A stretch of 64,000 nt of DNA from the NCBI GenBank assembly GCA_965649825.1, contig OZ287695.1, positions 1,407,081 to 1,471,080 on the forward strand. Reading direction: 5' to 3'. The notes beneath the pieces were generated by a model. It was not told the DNA's origin. It made no database searches and was given only the letters and a program-made list of their open reading frames with translations. This DNA is from Penicillus capitatus. Taxonomy: Eukaryota; Plantae; Chlorophyta. Of this stretch, positions 38,794 through 51,147 are shown in pieces. Every line of letters begins with the position of its first letter. The stretch's first letter is position 1. The translations under genes were made by a program, and so were the position numbers.

Positions 38794-40925
38794 ATGCAGT
38801 GCGTAACACTCTTGGTCGTGCTGTGTCTATCGACACAGGTGGCGGCCTATCGCTTTCCCGAACGCATTCCCGCTTTTCACCCGCCAGACTTCTCAGCTCA
38901 CCCCAACGCCCGTGCACGACGGAACGACGATTCGCTATGGGCAGACCGTTGCGTCGAAACCTGGCGCAACGCAACGTTGGACCATTTCTCATGGGTGCTG
39001 CGTCTCGGATTCCCCTCGCGCATCCACACAAGCACTCGTGCATGCAGGGACTCGAAGGGGGGTTCGCAAAATTCAAGCAACGTTACTTTGTCTGCGATGA
39101 ATTCTGGGACAGCACAACAGATGAGAAGGGACCAATTTTCCTATACCTAGGAAACGAGGCACCTGTGGAGAAGTGCGCCAGGTCCAACCAACATCGCATC
39201 TCTGATTTCGATGTGTTCCAGATACATCGAAGCCACAGGTCTGATGTGGGAATTGGCACCCAAGTTCGGGGCACTGTTGGTGTTTATTGAACACAGGTAT
39301 GCCTTCCCTCTTGCACTCTCGCTAGGATTGGACGATTTAGATACTACGGCAAATCCAAACCGTTCGGATCTGAATTCCGTGAGCATTTGGATTATCTCTC
39401 TGCCGAACAAGCCATCGCCGACTATGCTGAATTCCTCTTTGAGTTTCAGGCGTCTCTGGGCGAAAGCAATCTTCCTGTGATTGGATTTGGAGGATCGTAT
39501 GGTCTGTGTCTTTTTGTGTGAGATGATGGTCAGATAGATGTGTGAGATTAGGTGGTATGTTGGGGGCATGGATGCGTCTGAAGTATCCGCATCTCCTTCA
39601 TGGCGTCATCGCCTCCTCTGCTCCGATCTGGAGTTTCATGGGCGAAGTGCCGCCGGTCGATCCCAATTACTTTGACAAAATCAAAACCTATGCGGCCTCT
39701 TACCTAGCAAAAGCCGAGAAAGAATGTGTGCCCAATATCCGCCGTACATGGAGGACACTGTTCGACGTGGGCTCCAGTCCCAAGGCTGGCTTCGGATTGG
39801 AAGCTATCCGTCGGGCTTTGAACATCTGTCCTGATGTGAAATTGGAACTGTCGTCGAACACGATTTGGCGGATCATCCATTGGATCGATCATGCCATCAC
39901 GATCATGGCAGAAGGCAGCTATGGCTTCCCATCGGACTACATGACGGACGGTGTTGCCAAACTGCCACCATATCCTTTGAGACTCGGTTGCACATATCTG
40001 GCCGAACCTCTCCACAGTGTCGATCTGCTCGAAGGTCTTGAGCTTATCTATGAGATCCGGCAGATGGCTCTGCAATGCCCTTTGCCTAGGTGTTGGCAAA
40101 ATGATCGGGATCTACTATAATGTGACCAAAGATGCAGAATGCTTTCCACTAGAACGTGAGATTTCTGAAGAAGGCAAAGAAATCTCAGACATGTGGTCAC
40201 ATCAGTACTGCACCGAAATGTTTCAGATGTTCGGCTCCGATGGAAGTAAAATCCACGAGACTTCCGTTGGGAGATCTCTTTGAGGTGTTTCGCTCTAGTC
40301 GAGGATATGTTTTGGAGCGATCCATGGAATCCAGAAGGGATGAAAGAGTACTGCAAGCTACATCACAAGACAGAAGCCCGTCCTTACTGGGCAACGATTC
40401 AATGGGGAGGGAAAGATATTTCATATGCCTCCAACATCATCTTCAGCAATGGAGAGTATGATCCATGGAGAGGCGGCGGTGTGCAAACAAACATTTCGGA
40501 CACAGCAGTTGCCATCCTTATTCTCGAGGTTTTCTCAGCAGCCGACACAATTGCAGGATCAAAATGATTATCTACAGGGAGGGCATCATGCAGATTTAAT
40601 GTTCTCGACAGAACAAGATAACGAAAGCTTAAGATCAGCAAGGCAGTTTGAAAAAGAGTCCATTGCTGTCTGGATCAAGGTGGTACGAGAGAAGAATAGA
40701 AAACTCAAAGAGCTCCTGGCAGCTCTGTCTCCAAAGTCTCCATCCGCCACGAGTTCCACCCCGGCGATCGAGAATTTCGACGCGTTCCAGGACACAGAAA
40801 AAAGCACTAACAGGCTTTGGACGCTTGGGCCTCGTCTGGACTCTGATGCATCTAGTCTGACATCGGCATTTGATAAAGGAAAGCTAGAGGGTCTCGAAGA
40901 ATCGGACAGTCGATTCATTGTTTAA
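38794..40925 (+). CDS. PRCP: Lysosomal Pro-X carboxypeptidase (peptidase S28) with an ~80-aa C-terminal tail, spliced
   Basis: Signal peptide; LDHFSW, FKQRY, GPIFLYLGNE, EHRYYGKS, EQAIADY, GFGGSYGGML (catalytic Ser), SNIIFSNGEYDPW, GGHHADL. Confidence 0.93.
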
Positions 40926-41799
40926 CGGGATCGGAAGCCTCCTCAATTCCTGCTGCTTCTGTTGCTTCCGTTTTTATTGTTCCCTTTTGGGATTGTGATG
41001 TAAGGTTTGTTCCTAGTTGCAAGAATGTGTCGATGATGCTCTGTTGCTGAACGTTATGCTGTGCCTGCTCCAGAAGAGCATCCGACTGTTCCGTCAGATA
41101 CGTATCTGGATGGACACCGTCATTCATAGCCGTCCACATTTCGAGCGGCACCTCTCGCTTCTCTTTCTTCAAACGATGGCCATCGGCGGCTGCCTCTTCT
41201 TTGGTGATTCCCTCCAGATGACGCAACAGATCACAATACTCTCGCAGTTTCTGTTCGAGACGTGCCGAATCGCGCTCCGGGAGAAAACTCTTCGTCAGGC
41301 TCTTCAAATCGAGGGCCATGTTGAACAGAGCATCGACGCCTTCATCAAAAGCATCTTGTTTTGACCGATCTTCGTGGTCGTGTTTTTTATCGAGTGAGTG
41401 TGATTTGACCAGAGGCGTTGGCGGCGGCGATCGAGATTCGACATGAGCTCCAAATACTTCGCCTTTCACATCCGTCACACTCTCACACTTTCGAAATTTA
41501 TCAGGAATAGATTTGAGTCGCATCTGACCTACTTCGACAATCGCATCTTCGTTCAAACGGGAAATTTCGGAGACGGCAGGAACCGTTGGCGCTTCGGAAC
41601 GCTGAACGAGACGGAAAACGATGCCGGGCTTCGAATCTGCGGATTGGAGGTGATTTCCTGGTCGTGGACGTTTCGCCGCCGCCGTCGTTTTGAGTGACTG
41701 CGATACGTGAGCCGTACTGCGATCCGAATTGCCCGTCGGTTCATCGGAACTGCGCGTGTGTTTGCTGCTGCTCTGTGCGGGTTTCACAGCCCGGAACAT
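40915..41799 (-). CDS. MED10: Mediator subunit 10-like protein with a long N-terminal extension, intronless; start may be 41817, 41799 or 41524
   Basis: DAFDEGVDALFNMALDLKSLTKSFLPE..LEQKLREYCDLL..EVPLEMWTAMNDGVHPDTYL resembles the Med10 VPLEV..IDxGxNP motif. Confidence 0.65.
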   Translation of the reverse strand: MFRAVKPAQSSSKHTRSSDEPTGNSDRSTAHVSQSLKTTAAAKRPRPGNHLQSADSKPGIVFRLVQRSEAPTVPAVSEISRLNEDAIVEVGQMRLKSIPDKFRKCESVTDVKGEVFGAHVESRSPPPTPLVKSHSLDKKHDHEDRSKQDAFDEGVDALFNMALDLKSLTKSFLPERDSARLEQKLREYCDLLRHLEGITKEEAAADGHRLKKEKREVPLEMWTAMNDGVHPDTYLTEQSDALLEQAQHNVQQQSIIDTFLQLGTNLTSQSQKGTIKTEATEAAGIEEASDPVKQ

Positions 41800-41822
41800 G
41801 ATTTTGCGACCCTGCATCGAAA

Positions 41823-43311
41823 TTACGTCATCCAACGATCCAGTGCGATCCCAGAAAACAGAATTGCCCCCAGCCACTTGTTCGATGCAAAAGTCCGCAT
41901 GCAGTCTTCGGCACGATCAAGATGGACATGGCCGATCTGCCAAGCCAGATGACATCCAGTGGCAATAAGAGATGTGAAATAGAAGCCACCACAACCGGCG
42001 GCGTATCCTGTCGCTGATAGGCACATTAACTGACAAACGGCAAAACCTGTGCATCCAACCATGGAGGCGTGAATCCTATCCAAGGAAATGCACGAGGCAG
42101 ATCTCACCGGTGAGCCATGTTTTGACTCGGTCTTCGAAATAGAGTGCTGTCGATTTCACTCCAATGGCTCGATCATCGATCCGGTCCTGTACAACAGATG
42201 TGTGGATGGTCGTGGTTATGAGCGATGGCCATGCCTGACAGGCGTAGATGGTGTCATAGATGAGGGTCCAGAAGACGCTGGATGCATAGAGGGGAAGAAC
42301 GATGCTCCAATCACAGCTGCCTCGTACGGCAGACCATCCCAGCAGTGCACCCCAATTGATGGACATACCCAGATAGAGCTGAGGCTAGAAGGCTAGTGTT
42401 CTCGCGCGACATGCTTGGGAGAACAGAAGACGCTTACCAAATGTGTCCATCTTTTGGCAAGAGGATAGGTCACGACGAGGGGGACGGACAGCGCTCCGAG
42501 TACCTTACTAGAGACGATATCATGTGAATAGCACTGGCGATGACCGCCACCGTTACCTGTAGTCATTGAGTTGCAGCAGAACAGCGAGTCCTGCTGTGAA
42601 CTGAGCTCCTAGAAAAGCTGCACGACACCGTAGCCATGGAGTGGCATCGTTGCATTGAGCGTTTGCCTATTGCTTGCTTCCGTGTGAGCAATGATGCAGC
42701 CAACGGTCGGCTTTTGGTCCTGAAGACCAATCGATCGAGTTTGACATCCCACAAGTCGTTTACTGTGCATCCAGCGCCACGCATCACCTAGACGATCACC
42801 CATCCTTCCTAGCGGACAGATGTCCTTATCCCATTACTACGGCTCCTGCTCCAAAGAGTGCCAACATGTACATATCTGGCAATGATCCGTGAGGAGCTGC
42901 AAGAGCGATGGACCTAGATCACTCGTTCAGTTGATACTGGAATGGATGTTGTCACATTAGTACCAGAAACAAGGCCACCCGAGGAGCCATGTCGCTGAGA
43001 ACTTATCCACTCGCATGAGTTGAGCATATCTAACAGACAGGAAGGGGATCGCTCCATTGCATACTATGACAGAAGACAACGCACGGTATCCATGAGCGGG
43101 GCAGCATTCGGAGCACAAATGATGATTTGAGTGATGACGAATGGGTACTGCTAAAGAACTGGAGAGAAGCACGACGCAGACTCAAGAGAGCAGAGATTTC
43201 AAGAGAGAACGTACACGAGATGGAAGGCGCATCCCTCGACGATGGAGATTCTCTACAAATCCTTTGATCTGTCCTCTGGAGTTGGCAATCGATGCAGAGC
43301 CTTCTCGGCAT
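41823..43311 (-). CDS. COQ2: 4-hydroxybenzoate polyprenyltransferase (UbiA family), spliced; start codon uncertain (43311, 43431 or 43512)
   Basis: [78 protein letters not shown]. Confidence 0.93.
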
Positions 43312-43550
43312 TTCGGGGTCATCTTTAAGGTCGAGATGTTCACTGTCTCCTTTTGCATCGCAGCCGCAAATGCTTCGACATTCCGTGGCTGTTGCGACGG
43401 TTCTGACGCCTGGAGAAGAATGCCAGTCCATGGATGACTCGGGCAATAGACAGCCAAGGCGCGATGCGCCTGTCGAGTTCTGCCAAGCATTATGACAAGT
43501 GATGATGATCATTGCCTGCGTCGATGCTGTAGACGAGAATCTGGCGTACA

Positions 43551-46343
43551 ATGTTGCAAGCGGTTCTGCAACACATCGAAAGCCATGAGGTCATCGCATA
43601 CCCTCACACGGTATCGTATGAGGCGATAGAACGTGGCTCAGGTGCTGACGACGTCATCACTGGATCGCGTCCTCGACTCCCTCGCCGATGCTGAGAAAGA
43701 GGTTCTACAGTTGTCGTGTTTACTGTTTCTGAAAGGAAACGGTTGGTGTGATTTTCGAGATCGAAGGGGAGGTTTATCAATGGCTGGTTCAGGTTATCGA
43801 AGGGCAACCAAGAATGAAGGAACTGGAGGTTTTGGAATCGTCTTTAGAGATGTTGGCACAGAGCAATCATCGCGATGTCGACAAAATAGAATCCCTGAAG
43901 GCACTGTTGACCGATTACAAGTGGCCAATCCACTGTGGGTCAGCGGTTTGCACAAGGCGTATGGTTTCAGGACGGGCGTCCAAGATATTGCCAAGGCTGA
44001 ATGCGATCTGGAGCGTATGCAATTTGATATAAGAATGGACGAGCAGCTTTCGATGTTTGGCCAGCTGAAAGAAAAAGGTAAGTGAGAGCTCAGATATGTG
44101 GAAGATGTTATGCGAAATGTATGCGATGCAGGACAGTACAGCGAAGCGGCTTGGTGTCTCATAGGAATGCAGAGGATGTTGACAGAGTGTGACACAGATC
44201 TTCCAAACAGACAGACACACGATGAGCGCGTCAAAGAGCTGATCGACGAGATGCAGCGCGTAGGCACAAGACATGCTCACTCTGTTGTTACAAGACGGAT
44301 TGCTGCAGAAATTGAAGCAGTTCTACACTTCCTGTCTTGTGGTGGAACCAGAAAAGCAACGGTTGATGATCAACCTCAGCCATTCCAGCGACGGAGTAGA
44401 CCTGACAGAGATATGGAAGGCTTCAGAGGTCCTGGGAACAACAGAAGCAGCCCTCGAGAATATCACAGGTATCTATCTGCCTGCAGCGTTTGAAGGCATA
44501 TCCGTCTTTTCACTCTTGCACAGAGAAGGCAGAGTCGCTTCTCGACGATATCGTGCTTGAAGCAGACTTTGAGGGATCTCGTCTTGACACCAAAAATGAA
44601 GCTGTTGGAAAGGATGTTCATTTCTGTTGGTCCCATCACAAGAGCGAAGACAAACTGCAAGCAGTTCTCAGTCGACTGAAGGCCGTCGAAGCCTTTGCAA
44701 GTCTACTGGAGAACGTCCTCTTTGTCAAATTTCATAGCTTGACCCAGATCGCAGGGAGCAGATTGTGGCCAGATCTGCAAGACCGACTGGGAAGAAAGGC
44801 AAATGATCATCTGCCTGTTTCCGGATACCAGTTTGGACGTTTAGGTATTGTCGGTGGGCGAAACCCTGGAAGAGAACGAACAACTGCTTTTTCTGGAGAC
44901 GGTCTTCAGAGAAGCCATATCTCTAGAAGGAACATTGAAATGCAGTGGTTTTCTGAGCGAAGGTGTGTATACAACGACTGTTTCTCCCAGACGTCTCTTC
45001 CATTACTGTGTTTGCAGAGGACTCATGTTTCTCGTCGAAGATCTCGACAACCTCAAAGACGGCCTTTCAGAAGTTTTCAGAGAGATACGTTACAGAAGCA
45101 CGTGATGCCTTGACATCTCCCACCTGGGACACCCTCAGTGTTGGAAAAGAAGCCGTGCTGGATAAGAACTGGTTGCAACAGCAATGGACGAGTTCTGTGT
45201 GTGAGTGGACAAGACAGGACTGCTCAGCGGGATTGGATTTTTTGCATTCTCCTCTTGGTCGGGGTACCTATCAAATCACAGAGACCACTTCTCAGATTCA
45301 GCAAACAATCGAGACAGCGGCAGCAGAGGGATGCGAGAAAGGCACGCTGGTGCTGCAATCACTTGTGCAGGGGATTCGAGATATCTGCACACTGTATGGA
45401 CGGATGTTCCCTTCGCTTTTTCGGAAAGAGATGGAAATTCCGCAGCTGGGGCTGCTTTCAGCAAACGATTTTTTCTACCTCAGCACTGCATTGTTGGTCT
45501 TGCCATTCGTGGTGCCGAATTTCAAAGAGATGGCACCGAACACCAACTTCACTAAAGAAGCACAGGAATTGCGTTCTCTTGGGCAGCGCCTTATGGAAAA
45601 GCAGGTAACATCTGCTGCAGATCCGTGTTCTGTGTATTTCAGTTCTGTATTCAGGTTGCTGTTCAGAAGAAGGCCCTGCAGGAGATCTTGTCTCAGGCAG
45701 GTGACTTCGGCCACATCAAAACTGGACAGCAGGGCATTGCTCTGCGAAAATCTATGCAGCAGTTGCTCCGAATGCTTAGACAGCTGGGAGGTGTGCTGAA
45801 GGATGTCCTCTGTTTATCTGACCGTCACCGAGTTGCCGTTTCAGTAACCGAGGTACCATTCTCTTGACGCCAGCATCGTTTCTGCAATAAGCTTTCTTTC
45901 AGGCCATTGCAGCACCCATTCTGACGAAGCTGATGTCCCGAACAGACATCTCTGCCCAGGAGAGCCAGGAATTACCGAAGGTTGTTCGATCGCTGTTGGA
46001 CGAAATACCATCCGCGATCTTAAACGTACCCCAGACGGCAGTCGACATGTTCACCGCGACTGCTCCGAATCCTCAAGCGGTGAATCTCGCGACAATGGAG
46101 TCCACGGGGAAAGACTGGCTTCTCTACAAACATTACGCAGAGGGCTGCCATTCCTACCGCAAACTGCAACGTCTGCTTCGAATTTGGGAGGCCAAGCTGG
46201 ATCCGATCGTACAGTGGTGGACAGCTGGGTTACTGACAACAGAAGGCTTTACAGCCGAAGAGATTCGCAATCTCATATGGGCACTCTTCGAGCACTCCGA
46301 CAAAAGAGAGGACGCGATTGCGATGATCACACGAACAGTTTGA
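43551..46343 (+). CDS. ZW10: ZW10 homolog (kinetochore RZZ / Dsl1 tethering complex), spliced
   Basis: YQITETT, PQLGLLSANDFFYLST, YRKLQRL..IWEAKL..I...W, terminal FTAEEIRNLIWALFEHSDKREDAI. Confidence 0.85.
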
Positions 46344-46386
46344 GGTATGCGACGCCTCTCGGAACGATCCACGTCGTACGAACGTC

Positions 46387-49300
46387 ATGACTCGGCAGAG
46401 AAGCAATGAGTTAACTGGTCTTAAACTTGCCATACATTGGCGGCGGAGCGATGCAGCAGAGATTGGTGCACGTGACGTTGCTGTTCTGAAAGATTCCTTT
46501 ACTGACAGACCAGCACCATTCGACGCTCTCATTGATTGCTTTCGGAAGAATACATCTCACGCACTGCGCGTTTCGTCGACAGACGGCGCCGGATCCGTCG
46601 AGGATCTCTGGAATTTGGGCGAGGGTGAATTGCATGCGGGGGACCTCGGATGAAGAGCGGATGTGCTTTCGGCTTTGTCCATGACGACGTCGTGAATGGA
46701 CTGCGCTCTTACGGCAATTGGAAAGTACGTGCGTGTCGTTCTGAACACTGCCTCGGTGAATCGTTCCCCGACGATGGACAGGCGCGTCAGGGCGCGATGG
46801 ATGCGTTGCTGCTGACGATTGAACAGACGGACTTCGAGGATAGCGATTCGCGAATTGAGATTCCTGAGTTTCTGGAATTTCTGCTCTCGCTCATGGACGA
46901 TCCAAACTTCAAGATCAAACAGGGGAGCATCCGAACCCTGCACCTGTTCTTGCGAAAGATAGGACAGCGAGTCGAGTATTATCTAAGGTCGGTCGGAGAA
47001 AGGACAGTGGGCATTTCTGTATGATGACGATGACGGGTAGGAATCTCTTGCCGAAGCTGGCCGGAAAGCTCTCGGATCCGAAGGACTATGTACGCGAGGG
47101 ATGCATCGGCGTCTTCAAAGCAATCTCGGATAGTATTGGCTCAGTTAAGCTGTTCTTGCTTTTGAAGAACTGCCTGAAATCGACAACGTCTCGAATTCGG
47201 CCAGAAATCGTGTTGCTGTATATTACTGTGAGAAGATATGCCCTGACAGATAACGAACGCACTCTATGTGTGCGATGCTGTGTATTCAGATCTTACTCGA
47301 ACGTGCAAAGGAAGATGCGCTGACAGATTTGGCAGGAGAGTATCTGATGAGTGTCGCGGTGGATATTCTGAAAGAGGCATTGCTGGATGAAGAACATCAT
47401 GTTCAGGAACGCGCTATCGAGGGGCTACGGTTGATGCACAGACAGCTTGGCTCAGTGGCCTTTTGGGAATTGGTGCTGGGGAAACACGCACCGCCGGATT
47501 CCGTCGTCGCTGTTCTCAGAAACCGCTGCCAACAGGATGATCCGCTGCCCTATCTCGATGAAAATGGCATTGCCGTCATTCATGTATCGTTTCTCTATCT
47601 CAGCGAACCTCACGATACCGGAACGTGTGTTTGTTCCAGAAAACCGACGGCGCATCGAATGTGGCCCCATCCGTCTCTGCATCCCTTGCTTTGCCGTTGG
47701 CGGCGATGAAAGCACCATCGACAAAGGCAGCCAAAGACCTAGCCGAATCAGATAAGAGCAGAGGTATCGTGCACGTGTTCGACCTCATTCGTGTGACTGT
47801 CTGGATGTGTTCGTCGTCGTTTAGTGTGTCTCCTCAATCAAGCCATGTCCCAAACAGGATCGTTGCTCGAGAAACGCCCGGAGTTGCGATCCTATCCGAT
47901 CAGTGCAAGAACGTCGTGCGATAGCGAATCGGCAGAGAGCAGCGAAAAAGAGAGATCGACGACGATATCCCAACTCAGGCACAAGGATCTCGGAATCCGT
48001 ATTGCCAAGCCAATTGCCGAGGAGGTTGTATTGCAACAAGAGTCTTCCGAGGCAGCAGAGAGCTCAGAGAAAGAGAAGATAGCAGCAGGTTCTCGTTCAG
48101 CTGATCGTCCAGTTCACGATCACAAGTCGCTCTTTCGTCGTCTCTTCGAAAACGCGAACAGTGTGTCTCTGTCGTTATCGACGACGGGATCTCTGAATCT
48201 GTCGACGTCTTCTTTGGATCCACGAGCTGAAGAGACAACCCTTTCCAATCCTTCAGGTGAGCCATCTCCAGACGCGCGAGCTCTTGACTGAGTAAACTTA
48301 CAGTTTCGGCGACATCGAAGGCGGCCAGCGGCAGCATCACATCGAGACTCGATCGCATCGCACAATTGATACGGGAACGCGATCGCGCACAGGATACCGA
48401 TAAGTACTGCCATGGCACTGTATTCGCTCCATCTTTACGGCGATTCCTTTTGTTTAGCGATACGGCAGTGCCATCGAAGTCTGCTTCGCTGGCCAGTAAG
48501 AAACGGGAGCACCTCGATGTCTTGAAAATGAAACAGAAGGATCGCAGATCGCACAGCGCAAGTGCCGTTCTGCAAAGAAGCGAACAACGGCCGAAATGCA
48601 TCGCAGCCAAACATCTGGATCACTATACACTGCCCAGTATCCAATCAAAATCGCAAGAACGTCAGCGGAGGTCTGCAGGGTCTCGCAGAAAAACGATGTG
48701 TTGCGATGGTGTCGAGGATGACAAGACGTCCCCAAGCAGAGACCGTGGCTGGAGTCGACACATACCGACCACTTCTCATCTCTTTTCTGAAGACGATAAC
48801 GACGTCGATGTGTCGGGCTGCATTTCCTCGCCCAGTTCTGCCGTGCCAACTCGGCCAGGAACGTACGCGAGTGGCATCTCCACAGCATTCAAATCCGCAC
48901 CAGGCGATATCACCGAAACGCAGCCCTTTATTGATCCAGATGCTGTTTTGCAGTCAGCCATCGATCGGCTGAAGAGAGCAAACAACACACGGAAGAAAGA
49001 GATAGACTGGATTAGTCAGGCAGAAGCTCTGGGCGATGCTCGTCGGCTTGTCTATCATCATCCCGTCGTCGTGAAGAAACACAAGAGAGATTTCGTCAGC
49101 GCCTTTGTCCCTTCTCTACAGCAACTTCGCAGTACGATGGCGCGGAGTGCTATTATGTTATGCCAAGAAGTCTTTGAAGCCCTCGGCGATTCTCTAGAAC
49201 ACGAAGTCGACGACATCGTCCCTCTTCTTCTGAAGAAGGCAGGAGAAACATCGAATGCAGGTGACTCGGTTCGCCATGAGACATGTTGGAGTGATTGGTG

Positions 49301-50854
49301 GCGTTTTGCGCAGGACGGAATACTTTTCTGGCGTCCGAGGCGGACAAAGCACTCAGTGTCATGATTCGAAACGTCAGTCCATTGCGATCGGTGACCGTTC
49401 TCCTGAACCACGCTGGAAACACATCGAAATACGTTCGCTGCAAAGTGGCGGCGCATCTGGATGACGCCTTGGAAGGCGCGGCGGCGAAGCTCTCGGCGGA
49501 TGCGAATCTCTCACTCATCGATCGGATCTTTAAAATCGGCGTCGGCTTCCTGGAGGAAGGATCGCTCGAAACACGAACCCACGGCAAGCGTATGCTGTGG
49601 TCTCTCCGAGGATGGATCAACAGTCGCGGAGCCTTTCAGCGATTGGTGGGTCAACTCGAGTCCGAAACGAAAAGAAGACGTGTCAGGGACGTGTTTGAGC
49701 AAGCGGACGGTCCACCTCCTTTGCCTGCAAGAAGAGCCAACGTTCATGTATGTGCGCCATCGATGCATAGATGCAATGGGATCGACATGTTTGCGTCTTA
49801 GGCTCGACGCATGTCGAACGGGGGGAATACCTTGACGCCCTTGACGCCTTCGCTTATTCCTCCACGGAGAGTCGAGGACTGCGAGCATACATCCATCGGG
49901 GGCACCTCGGCTATCGCGTCATCTCTTGTCTTGACGGGCGTCGAGATCGATTCCATGCAGAAAGAGACGTTGTTGGACGAAACGTCGTATCGAGATGTCC
50001 AAGTGTGCACCATTCGGCGACCACCGATGCCAAAGACACGGCGACGAAATCGCAATGGACCAGCCAATGATACCTCAGTCGGTCTCTCGGACTCCGTATC
50101 GGAGATACTGAAGAATCTCGCAGCCAAGGAATGGAGAGTACGCATCGATGCCTTGCAACAGATGAAGAACATCACTGGCAAGTTGCGTCAACTGAACGAA
50201 CGTGACATCTTGAATATCATGGACCAGCTCACACACAGACTCAGCGACGGAAACTCGAAGGTTGTGTTGGCGGCACTTGAGGTACCCGATCCGTTATTGA
50301 GGGTAAACTAAGTAACAACGCTTGTGTTGTGCCAGACATTGAAATCTGTCTTTGAGCACATGGGGCGGACTGCCATTCCTGCACTGAACACCGTTCTCCC
50401 AGCCATCATCTCAAATCTCGCCTCTTCTTTTGAGAGAACGCGTTTCGCTGCCGAGGCGGCGCTGGATGAGCTGATTGGCAGTGTCGACAGCATTTCCCTC
50501 GTTCAAGTACGCCACCCATCCCCTTCACCATTCGTGCAGCTAATCCCCTCATGTTGGCAGATGTTAAGTCACTGTTGTGCTCAAGCCAATCCTCGAACCA
50601 AGGCGTTTCTGCTGCAGAAACTGGAAAGCATTGCCTCTGCCGTACACAGCAGGAAGCCTCAGTTCGTTCAGAAGTACATACTGCCAGTCGCCTTCTCCAG
50701 TCTGAGCGACGTACGCCTCGATGTTCGTCAAGCGAACGCCGATCTCCTGCGATATCTCGCCCAACTCGTCGGCAAACCGTTCATCGAAAAAGCCGAAGCG
50801 CTGACGGGATCCAACCGACAACGACTGTTCGATATTTTTCAGGGAAGTTTCTGA
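46387..50854 (+). CDS. TOGARAM1: TOG-array microtubule regulator, crescerin/TOGARAM (FAM179)-like, spliced
   Basis: N-terminal TOG (GNWKARQGAMDAL, DDPNFKI), long Ser-rich linker, two C-terminal TOG/CLASP_N domains (LRSTMARSA, EWRVRIDAL, RLSDGNSKV). Confidence 0.75.
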
Positions 50855-51147
50855 TCGTCACGTTACACGATCATCCTCTATCCACCATCCCATACGTGGA
50901 CACACTTTTCACCACTGAGTATATCCATGAGAAAACATTTTAGCAGGCTGGATGGATAGAGTCGACCAACATTCCGCCTTACAATCAATCTCAGGGATGA
51001 TGCTGTCTTCAGGCAAATTCATAAACGGCATGGAGTTCGGAAATGTTAGCAATACAACCGAAGACAAAAGGCACAACGATACAGCATGCTATTCAAAACG
51101 GAGTGGCACACTACTTACACCTGTCCAGTTTGGTTGGTGACTGTTTT

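Noticed and set aside
46650-46653. ATGA stop/start overlap between ORFs 46387-46653 and 46650-47024 (bacterial-style translational coupling)
   Set aside because: A 59-nt phase-0 GT-AG intron joins the two frames, so this is probably a single gene.
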